In this document: piece after piece, positions 25,901 through 27,470 of the stretch
Position numbering within the stretch: position 1 is the first letter of the stretch
Layout of the letters: each line of letters starts with the position of its first letter
Virus record (IMG/VR): IMGVR_UViG_3300046779_000762
Location: 1 to 27,470 of that record
Length of the DNA: 27,470 nucleotides
DNA from: a virus
Lineage: Duplodnaviria; Caudoviricetes
Reading direction: 5' to 3' (one strand)
Program-made: the position numbers and the translations under genes
Notes under the pieces: model-generated
Told to the model about the DNA's origin: nothing
The model's database searches: none
What the model saw: the letters and a program-made list of their open reading frames with translations, nothing else

Positions 25901-27470
25901 ATTAAGTCCGATACACTAGTTTACCTACGTCAACGTTATAGTTATAACCAAGAAGTTTGTGCTCGCGACACAGGCTACATCTGTGATGCTATTGCACACG
26001 ACATTTACTATAGCGGTAACTTAAAAACAGTACAAGCGGCATTAGCATACTTCAACGCTAGTGCAAGTTCTAAAATTGTTATTGACCAACAGTTAACAAA
26101 CACACTAGCGGCTATCAATTACATTAATACATTAATCATCAATGTTATTAATAACGAAGACCCAGACACTCGTTATCAACAAACTGTTTTACAATTTATC
26201 GATACTAGTGTAACAGACGGTGGACTTGCTACAAACAGAGTTAACTCGTTGTTTGACGAGTTCATTGGTATATTAGAAAATCCTCCAGCAAGTAGAGATG
26301 CTAGAGCATTGTTAGTTGAAAACAAAGAGTTCATTAAAGCAGAAGTTATTAACTACATCAATAACAAGTATGCAAGTTTCACATACGACGATGTTACTTG
26401 CCAACGTGACGTTGGCTATGTTATCGATGCTATCGGTTACGACCTAATGTTTGGTAGTAACTTCCAAACAATTATTTGTGCAAGAAGATATTATAGCGGT
26501 GCGGCTAGTGTTGCAATTGGTGTGCAAAAAGCCGCAACTATTGATGCATTTACATTCTTAAAAGATGAAATGTTGGCGCTTGTTTCTAGTAACGCAACTG
26601 CAACCGCAAGAGTTACTTCAAACATGGACATGTTCTTGGACATCATTACCAATGGCTTAGATCAAGAACCTGCAATCGTTTGGCCTGATCCAACAGGATA
26701 CGACGTTAACTTTAATCGTGCCAGAACATTGATTGAAGATAACAGAACGTTTATCAAAGCAGAAATTATTCAGTACATCACAAATAACTATCCTAGTTTA
26801 ACATACGATCCTGCTATTTGCCAACGTGACACTGGTTATATCTTAGATGCAATCTATTACGATTTAACCTACGGTGGTAACTTAGAAACTGTTATTGCTG
26901 GTGAAGCATATTATTCTTACAGCACACTACAAGTTGCACTTAGCGAAAAGCCTGCAACTTTAGCGGCATATGGTTACTTAAAATCATTAGTAGAAGATAT
27001 TGCCCTAGACTTACCGATTGCCGCACTACAAGTAGGCGTTTCACAAGTACGTGGCACACCTGGTAACAGTAGTGCAAGTGCAACAGCAGGTCAGTTAGTC
27101 GACGATGTTATTACTATTGTTGACACTGGGCTAGGAACTGTTACAGTTACAACACCAAGTACTGCATGGGTTAATGCAGGATTGGTGACTGCTAGAGGTT
27201 TATTAAACACAGACAAAGCAACTTTACAAGTAGCGGTCACAAACTACATCGATGCTAACTACACCAACACACTTGTTTACAACGAAGAAACTTGTGCTCG
27301 AGACGTTGGATTCATTGTTGCGGCAGTTTCGTCTGACTTGTTATATGGCGGAACATACTTAACTATCCGTGCGGCGCAACGTTACTACATCGGTACAGCA
27401 AGTACTCGTGTTGTGTTGGATCAACAGTTGGCGCAAACTATCGACTCTTTTGCGTATGCTAAAGAAGTTG
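22907..27470 (+). CDS. giant virion structural protein (>1520 aa, 3'-truncated): gp9/gp10-like N-terminal anchor, fibre motifs, pectin-lyase-like segment, then tandem phycobiliprotein-like repeats
   Basis: Translated by hand with no stop to the window end. Begins MARKIVDIGVSGNDGTGDSIREAFRKTNENFQELY (T4 gp9/gp10-type N-terminus). Contains YVNITGDTMTG, AATKYYVD and VESGVYYEDYPIRIPANTAVVGDELRRVIVRP, then six CxRD repeats. Confidence 0.88.
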   Translation, partial: MARKIVDIGVSGNDGTGDSIREAFRKTNENFQELYAVFGQGGFLKFTDLSDTPDTLIGQGNKLPVVNAIGTGLIFKDFFSPNGTIQFDYSEPETFDIVSVQRASGVATITLSENHNLDPGQKVTVASTDNTSFNTSSATLIAGTSGSVLVYNNAGTDLSTSAAAGTISSYGSIKIDTLSSKLEDDPLPKLSYSLNASNQLIGGLRSPINNTEFQTAVNNFNTNHGTLYSTDSFAINKGYADAKYVNITGDTMTGHLNVPANASGNEAPRASEVVLKTGGDMTGILNLADHPGGLSGSGTPNGIDDLQAATKYYVDSSSYNSRYNIYVTPGGDDSQARTPKGQEGRSKSYAYASINKACQKAEQLIADAPWETGPYRQLIAYGDGEAFSEVTQITSGASGTTRVYFTNNGGSRVDQGRLPKPDIVSGKIVVGRNSGAQGFIYQYYGADGSSSVGEDYFDLQDVIGTFEIGENLEFDQAVKNIQISVMVESGVYYEDYPIRIPANTAVVGDELRRVIVRPADRPSRSPWVDIWFRRDLTFDGLDLTSTEYGYHYLTDPSDILSEPKNNRDIDVFLCNDAVIIRQISCQGHGGFMMVLDPEGQILSKSAYCQQSGSFAGSLNKQRFAGGQYVDGFAGNVSMKIQEKLSDTEFLVTGSERAPTTPCSFVVDGRIFKVEAYTDDGTGYGSARKLIRRNIEFIKAEVIGYINTELSPPFQFNETKCARDVGLIVDTLGYDLALGTNFNAVRAGQSYYRGTQYSILPDQKDEYLDALVYTRSLISEVLSGNSVARTRAEDSFDEITDIIANGVESSDVITWGIPSGTDTNKVDAKDLLLSNLEFITEEVIAWIAEEYPDFVYDETKCRRDTGYIINSVIYDLLYGGNSATVEAGLQYYDGNGSLQIPGQTLQTTEVIAYASSIAQLIVENTPVPFPKQSAVVQTFDLDNPATATEADRIGVLMGYINTIILGGRDAAPTIEYPSLDGVAGSLTDSRTLLLSNKESIKSDTLVYLRQRYSYNQEVCARDTGYICDAIAHDIYYSGNLKTVQAALAYFNASASSKIVIDQQLTNTLAAINYINTLIINVINNEDPDTRYQQTVLQFIDTSVTDGGLATNRVNSLFDEFIGILENPPASRDARALLVENKEFIKAEVINYINNKYASFTYDDVTCQRDVGYVIDAIGYDLMFGSNFQTIICARRYYSGAASVAIGVQKAATIDAFTFLKDEMLALVSSNATATARVTSNMDMFLDIITNGLDQEPAIVWPDPTGYDVNFNRARTLIEDNRTFIKAEIIQYITNNYPSLTYDPAICQRDTGYILDAIYYDLTYGGNLETVIAGEAYYSYSTLQVALSEKPATLAAYGYLKSLVEDIALDLPIAALQVGVSQVRGTPGNSSASATAGQLVDDVITIVDTGLGTVTVTTPSTAWVNAGLVTARGLLNTDKATLQVAVTNYIDANYTNTLVYNEETCARDVGFIVAAVSSDLLYGGTYLTIRAAQRYYIGTASTRVVLDQQLAQTIDSFAYAKEV
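24962..27470 (+). repeat. protein-level tandem repeat of 140-158 aa units with a 445 aa super-period
   Basis: Conserved Cys codons at 25064, 25484, 25958, 26399, 26819 and 27293; spacings 420, 474, 441, 420 and 474 nt. Confidence 0.9.

Noticed and set aside
1-27470. Stop-codon reassignment, as in some large phages
   Set aside because: Genes tile densely under the standard code, conserved enzymes are uninterrupted, and TAA, TGA and TAG (e.g. 7664-7666) all serve as stops.
1-27470. CRISPR array, tRNA genes, introns/inteins, or diversity-generating retroelement repeats
   Set aside because: No nucleotide-level direct-repeat array or cloverleaf was seen by eye, intergenic gaps are tiny, and ligase, ClpP and UvsE have normal lengths. 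The repeats found are diverged and protein-level only.
24962-27470. Reading the CxRD repeats as evidence of a cyanobacterial phycobilisome operon or a cyanophage host
   Set aside because: The repeats are fused within one virion-type ORF, and no photosynthesis, lyase or linker genes occur in the window. The host cannot be assigned from this sequence.

Overview
An AT-rich, densely coded segment of a large tailed dsDNA phage genome (T4-like or jumbo-type organisation, standard genetic code). Positions 1-948 are the 3' end of a virion-type gene. Positions 987-13320 form a + strand early/middle block driven by near-consensus sigma70 promoters: an AbrB/MazE-like protein, IF-1, a ParB-like protein paired with a GIY-YIG-like protein, ATP-dependent DNA ligase, a metallophosphoesterase, ClpP, a 2OG-Fe(II) oxygenase, a WYL-like protein and many hypotheticals. 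Positions 13317-19043 hold fibre-like structural genes around divergent T4-late-type TAAATA motifs. Positions 19040-22290 encode QueD, a glycosyltransferase and the UV endonuclease UvsE. A giant structural ORF missing from the supplied ORF track starts at 22907 and runs off the window end. The three most notable observations are: (1) that giant protein carries six or more 140-158 aa repeats resembling phycobiliprotein globin-like domains, each with an invariant C-x-R-D, arranged as an exact 445 aa three-unit super-repeat; (2) a preQ1-I-riboswitch-like hairpin/pseudoknot at the predicted 5' end of the queD transcript; (3) several sigma70 promoters placed to give leaderless mRNAs, one of which heads the operon carrying the phage IF-1. 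All family assignments come from motif recognition by eye; no database searches were run.
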